This document shows, in pieces, positions 41,863-54,549 of a stretch of 64,000 bases of DNA. The notes beneath the pieces are model-generated. The model was not told where the DNA came from. It was given only the letters and a program-made list of their open reading frames with translations, and made no database searches. Each line of letters opens with the position of its first letter. Position 1 is the stretch's first letter. This stretch comes from Octopus vulgaris (lineage: Eukaryota): the NCBI GenBank assembly GCA_951406725.2, contig OX597830.1, positions 74,090,001 to 74,154,000 on the forward strand, given 5' to 3'. A program made the position numbers and the translations under genes.

Positions 41863-43869
41863 TCTTACTAGCAAAGAAATGCAATCGACTGCATTGCAAA
41901 TCGTGTGCTTAGGGTGAGTGTTTGTCATAATTTTAGATTGCAGTTGCTCAGCTTTGGTTTTCGCTAGACCCAAGTCTTCCACTCTCTAATTAGGAGGAAG
42001 AAAACAATATCGCTGAGGAAAGGTGTTAATAAATGCCATATGAAATAATCTAAGAACCAAATTCGCAAAATTAATGTACATACATAGAGAAACAGCAATT
42101 TGTTATATATTTGCAGTCTGAAAAAATTATGGGCAGATTTTAGTCCATCGAATCTCATCAGAAGTTGATTTAAGGGAGACGGTAGAGTGAATTGAGAGAA
42201 ACGTTAACTAAATTCCTCTTTATCCATGACTTAACATCTTAATCAATTTTTACCACATTTATTCTTAGAATACCTGTTTCACTTTCATCTGTATTATTTG
42301 TAACTATCAAACAACGTTTCCTGATTTTCTTGCAGTTATCTTCCCTATTTATTAATATTTTAGATTTTAGATACCCACGGTGGGTGTTTTTATCTACAAA
42401 TTACTTAGATAAGTTTACATTTATTCTGTTGTGTCTGGGGAGAGTCATTTTCTTTTTGTGCCTTATTATTTAACACACACACTGGTAAAATTTCCACTTA
42501 TTTCTTATTTTTATTTTCCTAAAATTTTCGTTGCGTGTTGCAACCTTTTCAATAGTCTTGACTCTGTCCCTTATTTACACTGTGTTCCCTTTTGTTTGTT
42601 TGTGAGCATGTGTGTGGGTCAGTGTGTGTGTGTGCCTATACATGCATGCATGTACGTATGTATGTGTGTGTGTGTTTGCATTTGTATATATATGTGTGTG
42701 TATGCATATGTATATATGTATGTATGTGTGTGCATCTGTATGTACGTATCCTGCATATTTATGTGCTTGCCTGTCTGTGTTTGTGTATTTTCTATGTATG
42801 TGTGTGTGAGCATGTGTTTGTATATATATATATGCACCTCTGTTTCCTTGTGTGTACATATCTGTGTGTGTGTGTGTTATGTAACTATGTACCATGTTTG
42901 TATGTATGTATGTGCATCACTCTTTACGTTTATTGAAATGTTAAAAGTTCCTAATTTATAAATGCGAGACCCTAACGTATTAATCGTATGTCTAAATTTT
43001 GTAACTGAAAAGAAAAGCGTATAAACTGGCGTTATCTTCTCATCATACACAGGAGCAGTAAGTTTATTGCACCAGGATGTTAAAGCTTTATACTGGCTTT
43101 CTCAACGTAAATTTTAGCGTTGATATATCTTGCCACATAAGCCAAACAGATCGAATATTCGTCGTCGTATCCGACATGGTATTTCTCTTAGAGAGAGAAA
43201 AATATTTAGTTAATTATCCTGTGTTAAATGAAATTATTAAGAGATTAATTGTATTAAAGCATATCTCTAAAGACTGTGGATTAAAGACCCGAGTACAGTA
43301 GACACAGAGTCACCAGTATATTTTCAAAAATGCAATAATATTGAATAAATAAGCATAGCAATGTACTTTTGAAGAACTGAAGTATATTATTTATGGAAGG
43401 AATTAACGACCCAAAACTTTGGGGAGATTCTGGCGCTTTGGGAATTTGGTAATTAAAATTTGAAATAGATGTATAGTGAACACACACGCATACACGCAGA
43501 TATGCATGCATGTATTTGTGTATGACTTTGTGTGTGTTTGTGTGTGTGTTTGTGATTTTTGTTTAGCTCAATGTCAGCCCTAAATAAACCATTCAGATAT
43601 CAGAGATATCCTCGACGTTCGTTTTCTAAGCATAGCATATTCTCTTGACTACATAATTCAACGTGTCTTTTCTCTTCTACTTTTCTTCTTTTCTTTCTTC
43701 CTTTTTTTTTTTTCTAATGACGGCAGGGTGTGATTTGGGAGAAATACGACAGCTATTTCTGGAAGTCTGAGTGACTAATATCCTTCTTGAGATATGTAAT
43801 CAATCGTCAATGCAGTCTGTTCACTTAGCCTAGCTACCTTGCCTTTCCTGCATTTCAGTAATAATAATA

Positions 43870-44082
43870 ATTCTTCCTGCTAAAGGTACAAAGCCTGAAA
43901 TTTCGGGGGAGAGGACTAGTCGATTACATCAACCCTAGTGTTTCACTAGTACTTAATATATAGACCCTGAAAGGATGAAAGGCAAAGTCGACCTCGGCGT
44001 AATTTGAACTCAGAACGTAACGGCAGACGAAATACCGCAAAGCATTTCGCTCGGCGTGCTAACGATTCTGCCAGCTCGCCGC
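43870..44082 (-). mobile_element. SINE family B variant with an alternative 3' tail
   Basis: Same head and core. The tail ...cccccgaaatttcaggctttgtacct is also seen near 1290-1325 and 62290-62325. Confidence 0.8.
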
Positions 44083-44307
44083 ATAACAAATGCCGTATAA
44101 CATTTTTCCTATGTACTAATTCGTTAGGCATATAATGCGTTCTTATTTAAGCATAAGGCCAGCAATTTTGTGAGAATTACGGGAATTAGTCCATACCCTG
44201 GACCCCTATACTTGACTGGTACTGTTTTTATCGACCTACGGTGGATTATACACGGAACTGACTTCGGTGAAATTTGAGCTCAGAACATATAGTTTTCTAA
44301 AATTTAA

Positions 44308-44613
44308 TTATGCGCTATTTTAAAGCCTATCCAGGCCCAAGGGCCCGGTTTCCTGGTTTCTATGGCGTATGTGTTCCTCCCAGTGGACGGGACGCCATTC
44401 CATCGCAGCGTTACTCAAGAAACAGGAAGAAAGCATGAGAGAAAGTAAGGGCGAAAGGGTACAACAGGGGTCGCCACCACCCCCTGCCGGAGCCTCGTTG
44501 ACCTTTTAGGTGTTTCCGCTCAATAAACACACACAACACCCGGTCTGGGAATCGAAACCGTGATCCTCCGACCGCGAGTCCGCTGCCCTAACCACTAGGC
44601 CATTGCACCTCCA
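44308..44613 (-). mobile_element. SINE family C inserted in a family B relic
   Basis: Same head and tail as 50065. Flanking repeat cagaac(a/g)tatagt at 44281-44293 and 44614-44626. Confidence 0.8.
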
Positions 44614-45058
44614 CAGAACGTATAGTACTGCAATTAATACCATAAAACACCTAACATTCTGAGTTCTGACATATTACGTTCTGAGTCACTTACTCCTTTA
44701 ATCACACCAGGGTTGATAAAATAATACACTATTGGAATACTAAGATCAAGAATCAATGGTACTGAATTATCTGCGCAGGCAAGAAGGCCACCAAACTATA
44801 CATTCGATTATTTCGACATTTCCACTCGTTTTAGTGATCCTTTGATTAGCGAACTTCAAAGTCAACTACGCTGAAACGAAAGCAACGAACATAGAGTACC
44901 GTGAGGTATTTTGTCTGGCCTTTTATCAATGCTCCACATCCGTCAATCAAACAATGTTATTTCATGCTTTGCTCTAGGGAATCTGACTTTAATTCCTCTT
45001 GCACAACCAAATATAAGAATAATGTTACAGAAACTCCGATTAAAATACGACACATCGG

Positions 45059-45098
<40 letters not shown>

Positions 45099-45213
45099 CG
45101 TCAGTAAATCGTAAATCCGAAAGAGAAGCACACTGTAGGTTACTGAGACATTGTAAAGCTAAGAGCTTTATGAGAGCGCAACCCTGCGTAACCCTATAAA
45201 CCGGCAATAGTTA

Positions 45214-45311
<98 letters not shown>

Positions 45312-45349
45312 TGTGTGAGCAGGATATATATATATATATATATATATAC

Positions 45350-45577
45350 CTGTAAATGTGATATGTGGCAATTATTCGGCAGCCATGATAAAACTCCGAG
45401 TTTCGGATGTCAGGGTGGAAATCCACGCCGCCATCGCTTCAGTTATCCGGCCATCGGATAGCATTTTTTCCGATGTCCGGATAACTGAAGAGATGGCGGC
45501 GTGGATTTCCATTCCGAAATCCGAAACTCGGTGTTTTACCATGGCTACCGAATAATTGTCACATATTACATTTACAG
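45350..45577. mobile_element. 228-bp near-perfect palindrome with a hammerhead motif on each strand (probably Penelope pLTR-derived)
   Basis: Arms 45350-45458 and 45469-45577 are reverse complements. The + arm (45480-45540) reads GAUAA-CUGAAGA...GAAA-CUC-G-GUG-UU-UUACC. The - arm (45387-45447) reads GAUAA-CUGAAGC...GAAA-CUC-G-GAG-UU-UUAUC. Confidence 0.7.
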
Positions 45578-45649
45578 ATAAATTCCTCTATTTACATAAT
45601 ATCGAAGTCTCTTTCTTTCTTTTGTTGTCTTACGGTTTCTATCAATATA

Positions 45650-46040
45650 TACTCTTTTACTTGTTTCAGTCATTTGACTGCGGCCATGCTGGAGCACCGC
45701 CTTTGATCGAGCAACTCGACCCCGGGACTTATTCTTTTCTAAGCCCAGTACTTATTCTATCGGTCTCTTTTGCCGAACCGCTAAGTAACGGGGACATAAA
45801 CACACCAGCATCGGTTGTCAAGCAATGCTAGGGGGACAAACACAGACACACAAACACACACACGCATATATATACATATATACGACAGGCTTCTTTCAGT
45901 TTCCGTCTACCAAATCCACTCACAAGGCTTTGGTCGGCCCGAGGCTATAGTAGAAGACACTTGCCCAAGGTGCCACGCAGTGGGACTGAACCCGGTACCA
46001 TGTGGTTGGTAAACAAGCTACTTACCACACAACCACTCCT
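45650..46040 (-). mobile_element. SINE family A, full length
   Basis: Collinear with the other copies. Confidence 0.85.
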
Positions 46041-46045
46041 GTATA

Positions 46046-46103
<58 letters not shown>

Positions 46104-46106
<3 letters not shown>

Positions 46107-46478
46107 TCCCGTCAGAAATTAATTAGCACCCTTGATTTGCTCTTCACTCAAGGTATGTGCTGTCACCTAGTGGCCATATCTCGAACTATTGCTTTGTTGC
46201 GAGTTCACTGTTGCGCAGAACGATGACGTAACTTTGTTTGCAGAGCAGTTTGAGAGTCTACAGCCTTATGATGTTGACATAGCAGTGCAACAACTTGGAG
46301 TGCGGATGCAGACAAATCTTCCTTTGTTTAATAGATATAGGTAGCGCCTCGCAAGGACCGAAATCACACCATACTAAGTTTTCTCATCGCGTAAGACGTT
46401 TTGAACAGCTCATAAGGTTAATTGATTTAACCTATTTAATGTAGAAATTTGAGAAGTGCTAATTAATTTCTGACGCAA

Positions 46479-46481
<3 letters not shown>
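46104..46481. mobile_element. Tc1-like MITE inserted in (TA)n
   Basis: 26-bp TIR cact(cc/tg)cgtcagaaattaattagcac with TA flanks. Confidence 0.8.
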
Positions 46482-46569
<88 letters not shown>

Positions 46570-46856
46570 TGTATGCATATCTAATACCAGACGACACCGC
46601 TGTTCTTCAAGTATTGAAATGCTCCTCGTATGCTACCAGGCGCATTGGACTGGACACCATTCTGGTTTGGGCGATAAAAAAAGTTACCCAAGCAGTTGTT
46701 TTGTAGGGAACTGAAACGTTGTAAACGTCTGAGATAGAAACCACAGAAAGATTTTAGGGACGTAGTGGAAAACAACCTCATCTCTTTAACATTCAGATTA
46801 TGCTGTCAGATGTAACGCTTATTGATTCAGATCGCTTTTGAATTAATCCTGCCTTA

Positions 46857-47220
46857 GGCGCAGGCTTGACTGAATGGTAAGAAACTTGCTTGCCAACCGT
46901 ATGGTTCAGTCATATTGTGTGGCACCTTGGACAAATGCCTTCTGTTAATAGCCACAAGCCGACCAAGACCTTCTGAGTGGATTTGGTTGACAGAAACTGA
47001 AAGAAACCCCTCATATGCATACATAAATAAATACATACATACATACATACATGCATTTATACATACATATATTTATGGGCTTCTTTCAGTTTCCAAATCC
47101 ACTCACATGGCTTTGGTTAGTCCGAAGCTATAGTAGAAGACACTTGTCCAAGGTGCCACGCAGTGGGACTGAACCCAGAACCATGTGGTTGGTAAGCAAG
47201 CTAGTTACCACACAGTCACT
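46857..47220. mobile_element. Inverted pair of SINE family A 5' halves
   Basis: + copy at 46857-47010 and - copy at 47075-47220. Confidence 0.7.
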
Positions 47221-47237
47221 CATATATATATATATAG

Positions 47238-47299
<62 letters not shown>

Positions 47300-47325
47300 A
47301 TGTATACATATGTATATATGCATGC

Positions 47326-47524
47326 ATTAAGAAAAGGGAGGTATTCAGAATTTTGGAGAATTCTTTATTAGCGTTTTCGTCCCGTTAATGGAAACGATAT
47401 AAGTTTTATAGTATAAAAGGCAAAGAAATTTTCTGTAAAACTTATATCTAAAGAGTTTCCATGAATGGGACGAAAGCGCTAATAAAGAATTTTGCATATT
47501 TCTGACAACCTCCTTTTTCTTAAT
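47326..47524. mobile_element. Palindromic element with degenerate hammerhead motifs (third family)
   Basis: Imperfect inverted arms of about 80 bp. The + strand at 47441-47487 reads CUUAUAU-CUAAAGA-GUUUCCAU-GA-AUGGGAC-GAAA-GCGC-UA^-AUAAAG. The core is deleted in the left arm. Confidence 0.6.
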
Positions 47525-48511
47525 ATATAAAATCTGTACATCACTTTAAACAATTTATACATATACATGTACATATGTATATATATATGTACATGTATAT
47601 ATATATATATATACATGTGTAACTATCTATGTATGCATGCGTGTATGTTATGTTTGTATTTATGAGTGTATGACTGAATGTATATCATGAAAACAAGGCG
47701 TCAATGACACAGGAGCAACAATATAAAAAATAGTTACATCTATGAACGGAGCAGCAAAATAAGAGGAAAACAAAAATAATAAACTGACAAAAACAATAAA
47801 ACAAACCTCTCAACTAACATCAAAACACAATATGACACTTTTAAACGTGGTTCCTTTTTTTTTTTTCTTTTTCGTTTTTGTTCATTTTTTCCCCATACGT
47901 ATACGGCCATGTTTAGAAAGTCGTTTGGAATATTTATGGTCATTACGACACCAAACACACTGCATAGAACACGACTTAGTACTATCTTTCAATAGTCAAT
48001 TCATATTGTTACTGGTGGTGAAAAATGTTTTATCTGTGTTGCTAAATGACTATATGGCATGTTTATAACCTTCCCACTTTCTCCCCCACTCGCTCTCTCT
48101 CTCATTCATCGCTTTTTTTCTTTCTATTTTCTTCTATTCTTTCCTTGCTGTCTTTTTTCAAAAATATTATTCGTCGCCATGTTTAACAGTTGTAAAAACA
48201 TTTATACACTTGTAGTGTACATATTTCCAAACCACCATATAAATATTTTTCAGTTTTTTTTTTTAGTTGAAGCGGGAAGGGTAGAGGAAACTTTGTCCAT
48301 TTTATTATTATACCCACACCCCACATATATTATGTGTGTATATGTTATGTATACATACATACATATGTAAGCATACACACACATACAAAAGGAAGTAATA
48401 GACAGCGTGTTATGCATTGTAAGTTGTGGTGGATATAACTTTCGTTCATTTTATTACGATACATATGTGTGTCTGTGACTGAGAGTGTGTATATATATGT
48501 ATATATATATG

Positions 48512-48554
<43 letters not shown>

Positions 48555-48638
48555 TTGTATGTGTGTTTGTATGTATGTTTGTGTACGTGTATATATATAT
48601 ATATATGTATGTGTGTGTTTGTATGTATGTTTGTGTAC

Positions 48639-48689
<51 letters not shown>

Positions 48690-48779
48690 CATAATTTCAT
48701 AATAATAATGATTTATATATCTGTTTATCTGTCTATCTACCTGTCTGTCTTCTCTCTGCATACATGTATGTATGCATGC

Positions 48780-48812
<33 letters not shown>

Positions 48813-48886
48813 TGTATGTATGTATGTATGTATGTATGTATGTATGCATGTATAAGTGTATGTATGTATATATAGTAGATAATATA

Positions 48887-48926
<40 letters not shown>

Positions 48927-48928
48927 AA

Positions 48929-48978
<50 letters not shown>

Positions 48979-49134
48979 GTGCGTATATTGGTACAGGACG
49001 TCACTAACGGTTCAAACATTGAGTAAAATACGTAAACAACGAGAAAAAAATGGAGAACAGGACAGTTGTCTGTTGTCTATCTACTCCTCATTTTGAGCAT
49101 TCCACGACAATATGAGTCTCAAAGACTGTTGATG

Positions 49135-49306
49135 TACATTATTTACATTATTTATATTTCACGGATATTTGTCCTCATCTCGTTTGTTGTTAACATAAAT
49201 TTCGACTGATATACCCTCCAGCCTTCTTCAGGTGTCTTGGGGACATTTCGAACCTGTGCTCTCATTCCTAAGGTATTTTTCAGTGTTATAATAATAATAA
49301 TAATAA

Positions 49307-49361
<55 letters not shown>

Positions 49362-49393
49362 TGATGATAATGATATTATTATTTTGTCCTAAT

Positions 49394-49434
<41 letters not shown>

Positions 49435-49930
49435 TATTGTTGTTGATGTTATTCAGGTTACTGCCTTGGAATCAAACTCGGAATCATGGGGTTAGTAGTA
49501 GAAGATGAGGACAAATATCCCTCAAATGTAAATAATGTAGAATCTACTAAGGTTATGATTGTCTAGGTGGTTACAGTCATAGATTAGTTTAAGGAAGAGG
49601 CCCCGTTCCCTCGTGTTGACTTCGTGGAACACTGCCTCACTCTCACAGAAAATCTCAATGCATGTTTCCACAGCAAAATCTATGTCTATAGATGGGTGGA
49701 GCGAAGTTACATCCACATGACCCACCCACTACACAACCTGTGAGATCGTTGGAGTGGTTGCCACTACTGATTCTACTGAGGAGATCCTCTGTGCTCATAC
49801 AAACATCCGGGGGACATTTCAATGAGTAGTTGTAACACCTGTGAGAGAAAGTAGGATAGCCTATAATTGCTGGAGATATTCGCTCCGCAACCTGGACACG
49901 CAAAATCTGGACACAGTGGGGTGCAACAGT
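49135..49930 (-). mobile_element. Penelope-like retroelement relic (RT fragment, pseudo-LTR and inverted terminal segment)
   Basis: Frameshifted minus-strand ORFs read STEDLLSRI...CVVG / VDVTSLHPSIDIDFAVETCIE, matching the PLE RT DVxSLYPSI motif. 49145-49180 is an inverted copy of 49502-49539. A hammerhead lies at 49192-49236. Confidence 0.7.
49192..49236 (-). ncRNA. Hammerhead motif in the terminal repeat of a Penelope-like relic
   Basis: Minus strand GACAC-CUGAAGA-A-GGCUG-GAGGGUAUAU-CAGUC-GAAA-UUU-AUGUU. Core and stem II are intact, stem III is broken. It lies next to a PLE RT fragment. Confidence 0.6.
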
Positions 49931-50064
49931 AAGCATTACACGAATGGTATCATACTTAATTCATTAAAATTATTAGCACATTAAATTAGTTAGCTTTCTT
50001 TTTTGATATTTTCTGTCTCATTAATCATAATAATACATACATCATAACTATAACAACACTTTGT

Positions 50065-50542
50065 GGAGGCGTGTGGCTTAGTGGTTAGGGTGTCAGCATC
50101 ATGATCGTAAGATTGTGGTTTTGATTCCTGGACCGGCAGACGCGTTGTGTTCTTGAGCAAAACACTTCATTTCATGTTACTCCAGTCCACTCAGCTGCCA
50201 GAAATGAGTAACGCTGCGATGGACTGGCGTCCCGTCCAGCTGGAGAACACATACGCCATTGAAACCGGGAAACCGGGCCCATGAGCCTGGCTAGACTTTA
50301 AAAGGGCGCATTTGTGAATGCGCGTGGCTTAGTGATTAGAGTGTCAGAATCATGATCGTAAGATTGTGGTTTCGATTCCTGGACCGGGCGACGCGTTGTG
50401 TTCTTGAGCAAAACACTTCATTTCACGTTGCTCCAGTCCACGCTGCGATGGACTGGCGTTCCGTCCAGCTGGGGAACACATACGCCATAGAAACCGGGAA
50501 ACCGGGCCCATGAGCCTGGCTAGGCTTTAAAAGGGCGCATTT
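50065..50542 (+). mobile_element. SINE family C tandem dimer
   Basis: A-box tggcttagtgg, B-box gtttcgattcc, cttgagcaa, gcgatggactggcgtcccgtccag and gaaaccgggaaaccgggccc. Units start at about 50065 and 50314. Flanking repeat tataacaa(c/t)act. Confidence 0.85.
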
Positions 50543-51524
50543 ATTATTTTTATTATAACAATACTGTTATCGTAACTTTTAACTTTTGTAGATAAAAATA
50601 AATAAGTATTGTACCTGTTTTCTTTTTTCATAACTGTATACCTATTTTTGCACCGCCCTGTATAAATATATATATGTATGCATGTATGAATCACATGATA
50701 GAATTTCTCGAGTTATCCGGTACAGAACAGTATTTGCAACTCGATACACTTGCTTTATCATCGTCAATGTAAAACATTAATTTAATTATAATCATTAATG
50801 AATTAAAAGGAAGTATAATTATTTCAATTTTGTGTTATGGGAACATATAAAGATTACTCATTAATCAACTAAACCACGTTCTAAAAGTCTCTTTCCAGCT
50901 CGGATTAAGCAATATAATTTAATTCGCAAATGAAAATACTCCGCAAGGCATTTTTAGATCTTAAGCTTTTATATTTCCTGTGTGTTACATGCGATACGCT
51001 GGACATATAACCCTGTAGGCCATACTTCATATTTGATACAAATCCCAACATTTTCCAACCATTGGTGTCATTCGGGACTTATAAAAGTAAAGCTTTTTTA
51101 TTACTCAGAATGTATGGGCTTGGACAATTAGGACAAACTTATGAAAATGATTTGGACAAGCAAAGGGCTAATAATCACCTTCTGGTTTTGTACACAGTGA
51201 CATAAACATAATAATAAATTACAATTATGAGAATAGATTTATGAATCTACCACATATAAAACAAGTGATGCAGATATAAAAATCCTCTCACGACTTTATG
51301 TTGACATTATCTGGTTTTTTGTTCTTATACGAGGGTACATTGATTGATAGAGTTATAAATATATAGATGGTCAGAAGGGGACAGTTTTGATCATTGGTCT
51401 ACTCAAACAAGGCCGAAATGGGTCCAACATTTAGCAAAACACCTTCATTTCTGGGGAAAGGATACAGAGGATATTCGTCCTGCGAACCAACCCAGGACCC
51501 GTCCCTACTACAACAGAAATGATT

Positions 51525-51567
<43 letters not shown>

Positions 51568-51767
51568 ACTCACACTCACTCTGTAGCCCGGGGAGGGGGT
51601 GGGGGTGGAGGACACAGTCCTCAGGAAAGACTCCGAAGTGTAAATTCAATTCTTTTCAGCACACACATGTTTTCTAGATCTCACACGTTGACTCTACACA
51701 CATACACACGCACATGCACACACACATACACACACACACGCACTCACAAAAACAAACACATATATTT

Positions 51768-51990
51768 TCTTTTACTCTTTTACTTGTTTCAGTCATCTGA
51801 CTGCAGCCATGCTGGAGCACCGCATTTAGTCCGAGCAAATCGACCCCACGACTTATTCTTTGTTAGCCTAGTACTTATTCTATCAGTCACTTTTGCCGAA
51901 CCGCTAAGTTACAGGGGACGTAAACACACCAGCATCGGTTATCAAGCGATGTTGGGTTGGGGGGAGAAACAAACTTACACACACACACAC
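51768..51990 (-). mobile_element. SINE family A, 3' half
   Basis: Runs from the tail to the central microsatellite. Confidence 0.8.
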
Positions 51991-52078
51991 ACACACATAT
52001 ATATAAAGGTGTGTGTTTGTCTGTGTTTTAGCGTGTGTGTGAGAGAAAAAGAGACAGACAGAGAGGAGAGATAGAAAG

Positions 52079-52131
<53 letters not shown>

Positions 52132-53899
52132 AAGAAAGAAAGTGAGAGATAGGTTGGTGGTCATAAATGGCGGCCCCTACCACGCTCGTATTTATTGTCA
52201 GCTGCTCGAGTTTTTGCCCTTATACGAAAAGAAAAAACAAAACAAAAATGCACTGTGTGGTGGGTACTTATATCTGAAGTTGACCCTCAAGACTTAAATA
52301 CCCTAAAATGTCGGTGCTGCTTTTTTGTTTCAACTCATTTCCCTATTTATTTCCCCTATATTCTGCATTTGTCATTTAAAATACCCGCGTACCCGTGTAC
52401 AGCGTTTTTCACTGAACTGGTATTTTCGTTTCATTTTGCTGTTAAATTGTATAGGATTAGCCAACATTCCTTGGGGAGCGGTCTGTGTCAGTTTATATTT
52501 CACAAGTTTTCTAGCTATCCAAATAAGATTGTCCCTTTCATGTTTTATTAACGACAGCAATATAAGTTTGTTCAGATTCTTTCTCTACTGTACGTGTTGC
52601 TTCGGTACTCCGACCCGGGTAAGTATGGATTTTATTCAGATTTAAGCATTTAAAGCATTAACAAACAAAATTGTACTATGCAATACTGAGCTATTTCCTA
52701 ATTTCTGGCCTCTACTTCGATGAATTCTTCTAAGGACTAGTACAGTAGAACAAACGTAATGGCCAGAAACAGAATTACAGAGGTGTTTAGCTACAGGTCA
52801 AAACAGTTTGGAAACACTTATAACCAAAACCGCCTCAGCTACATTTTTCCATTGTATATTCTGTATCCTTGAGTCTAAGATAAAGAATATGGCACAGTCT
52901 ACATTATCTGGTGATACCCATGCCTGCGCCTACGAGAAGAATTCTACTAAAAACGTTAGAATTTTGCTCTCAAGTGTGTAATCTTTTATTATTGTTGCTC
53001 CTCTTTTGTCCGAAGTCTGCCATCAAGAAGACTATATGATCGAAGGCGATCCAGTCGCGACAATCCATCTAATTTTCTTTTTTCTTCTCATATATATCTT
53101 CGTAGGACGTTAAGGTGGCATTTGAAGGAAATTGTTTTCCTATTTCTAGGAGCAGAAGCAATCAAGGGTCTCCTAAATATTTTGTAGTTACTATCTGTTA
53201 ATGTATGGCTTCAATAATTTTCAGAATCAATGAAGGAACTCGTACATGATCATTCAATCGCTAGAAATAGCAGCTGAATATACCGCAAATTACATCCTGC
53301 TGCCTTTAAAAAGACACGCCGGAAAATGGGGTACTGGAGTGAAAAATGTCGGGACGGCCATGGATAGTGTTCATTTGATCATGGTGCAGTCAGGTGAACG
53401 TTGACTTGAGTTTAACAGAAACAATAACAAGATCATTAGTTTCCTGGGATTTTATTCTTTAGCAACGTGATCGATATAATCGATCAATTTGCCACATCGA
53501 TTCCCCCAGCCTCACCTTCCAACATTTATTCATTATCCCACTCTCCATTCTTCTCATACTATTCCGATATATATAAATGTATGAACATTTCTCTGTTTTT
53601 CTTTCCGTCCTTGTTTTCGTATATATTCGCTGTTTTCTTCGGAGGAATCTAATACTCTTAGCTTAGTTTTTCCTGGGAGCTGGCCAGATTGGAACAATCT
53701 CAAGTATTACCAGCCAAAATTGCAAAGATAATCTGGAACTCGACTGAGGATAGAAAACTCCGAATGATCTGTCCTTGTTTTCTTTGTATCGTCTATCTGG
53801 ATGTTTTGTTACCCCTTTCTTGTATCACATTACTGTCTGGATGTTTTGCGTTCTTGTTCCATAAATATACATTTGTGCCTATGTTCGTTGTATTTAATG

Positions 53900-54200
53900 T
53901 GAAGTCATGTGGATTAGTGGTTAGGGTATTCGGCTCACGATCGCATAGTCGAGAGTTCGATTCCTGGAAGCGCGTTGTATCCTTGACCAACAAACTTTAT
54001 TTCACGTTAACCCACTCCACTCAGTTTACAAAAACCAGTTGAGCCTGTAATTTAAAAGGCCAACCTTGTCACTTTCACTGTGTCACTTTTAATCTCTCTA
54101 AGAACTACTTTAAAGGTTCGCGTGTCTCTGGAGTACTCAGCCATTTACATGTTAATTTGACGAGCAGGTTGCTCCGTTGATCGAATCAATTGGAAGTCAA
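53900..54200 (+). mobile_element. SINE with family C-type head and variant body (related copies at about 33655-33905 and 57572-57815)
   Basis: tRNA-like head, ccttgagcaagacact-type core and shared body ctgtgtcac..tgaatctccctgagaa...cacttgcacgttaatt. Confidence 0.7.
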
Positions 54201-54213
54201 GTCTTTGACGCAA

Positions 54214-54549
54214 CGACCCAGGACTTATTCTTTGTAAGCCTAGTACTTATTCTATCGGTCGCTTCGGACGAATCGCTGTTACGGGGACGTAAACACACCA
54301 GCATGGGTTGTCAAGCGATGTTGAGGGGACAAACACAGACACACAAACATATACTCACACATACATATATATAAATATACATATATACGACGGGCTTCTT
54401 TCAGTTTCCGTCTATCAAATCCACTCACAAGGCTTTGGTTGGCCCGAGGCTATAGTAGAAGACACTTGCCCAAGATGCTACCCAGTGTGACTGAACTCGG
54501 AACCATGTAGTTCGTAAGCAAGCTACTTACCACACAGCCGCTCCTACGC
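54214..54549 (-). mobile_element. SINE family A lacking its tail, abutting a family C copy
   Basis: Starts at cgaccccaggacttattc. Confidence 0.8.

Noticed and set aside
42010-42050. CTGAGGA...GAAA spacing
   Set aside because: No stem I or stem III, so probably a chance match.
51008-51030. miR-10-like ACCCTGTAG
   Set aside because: The match stops after 9 nt (ggccatac instead of atccgaat) and there is no precursor hairpin.
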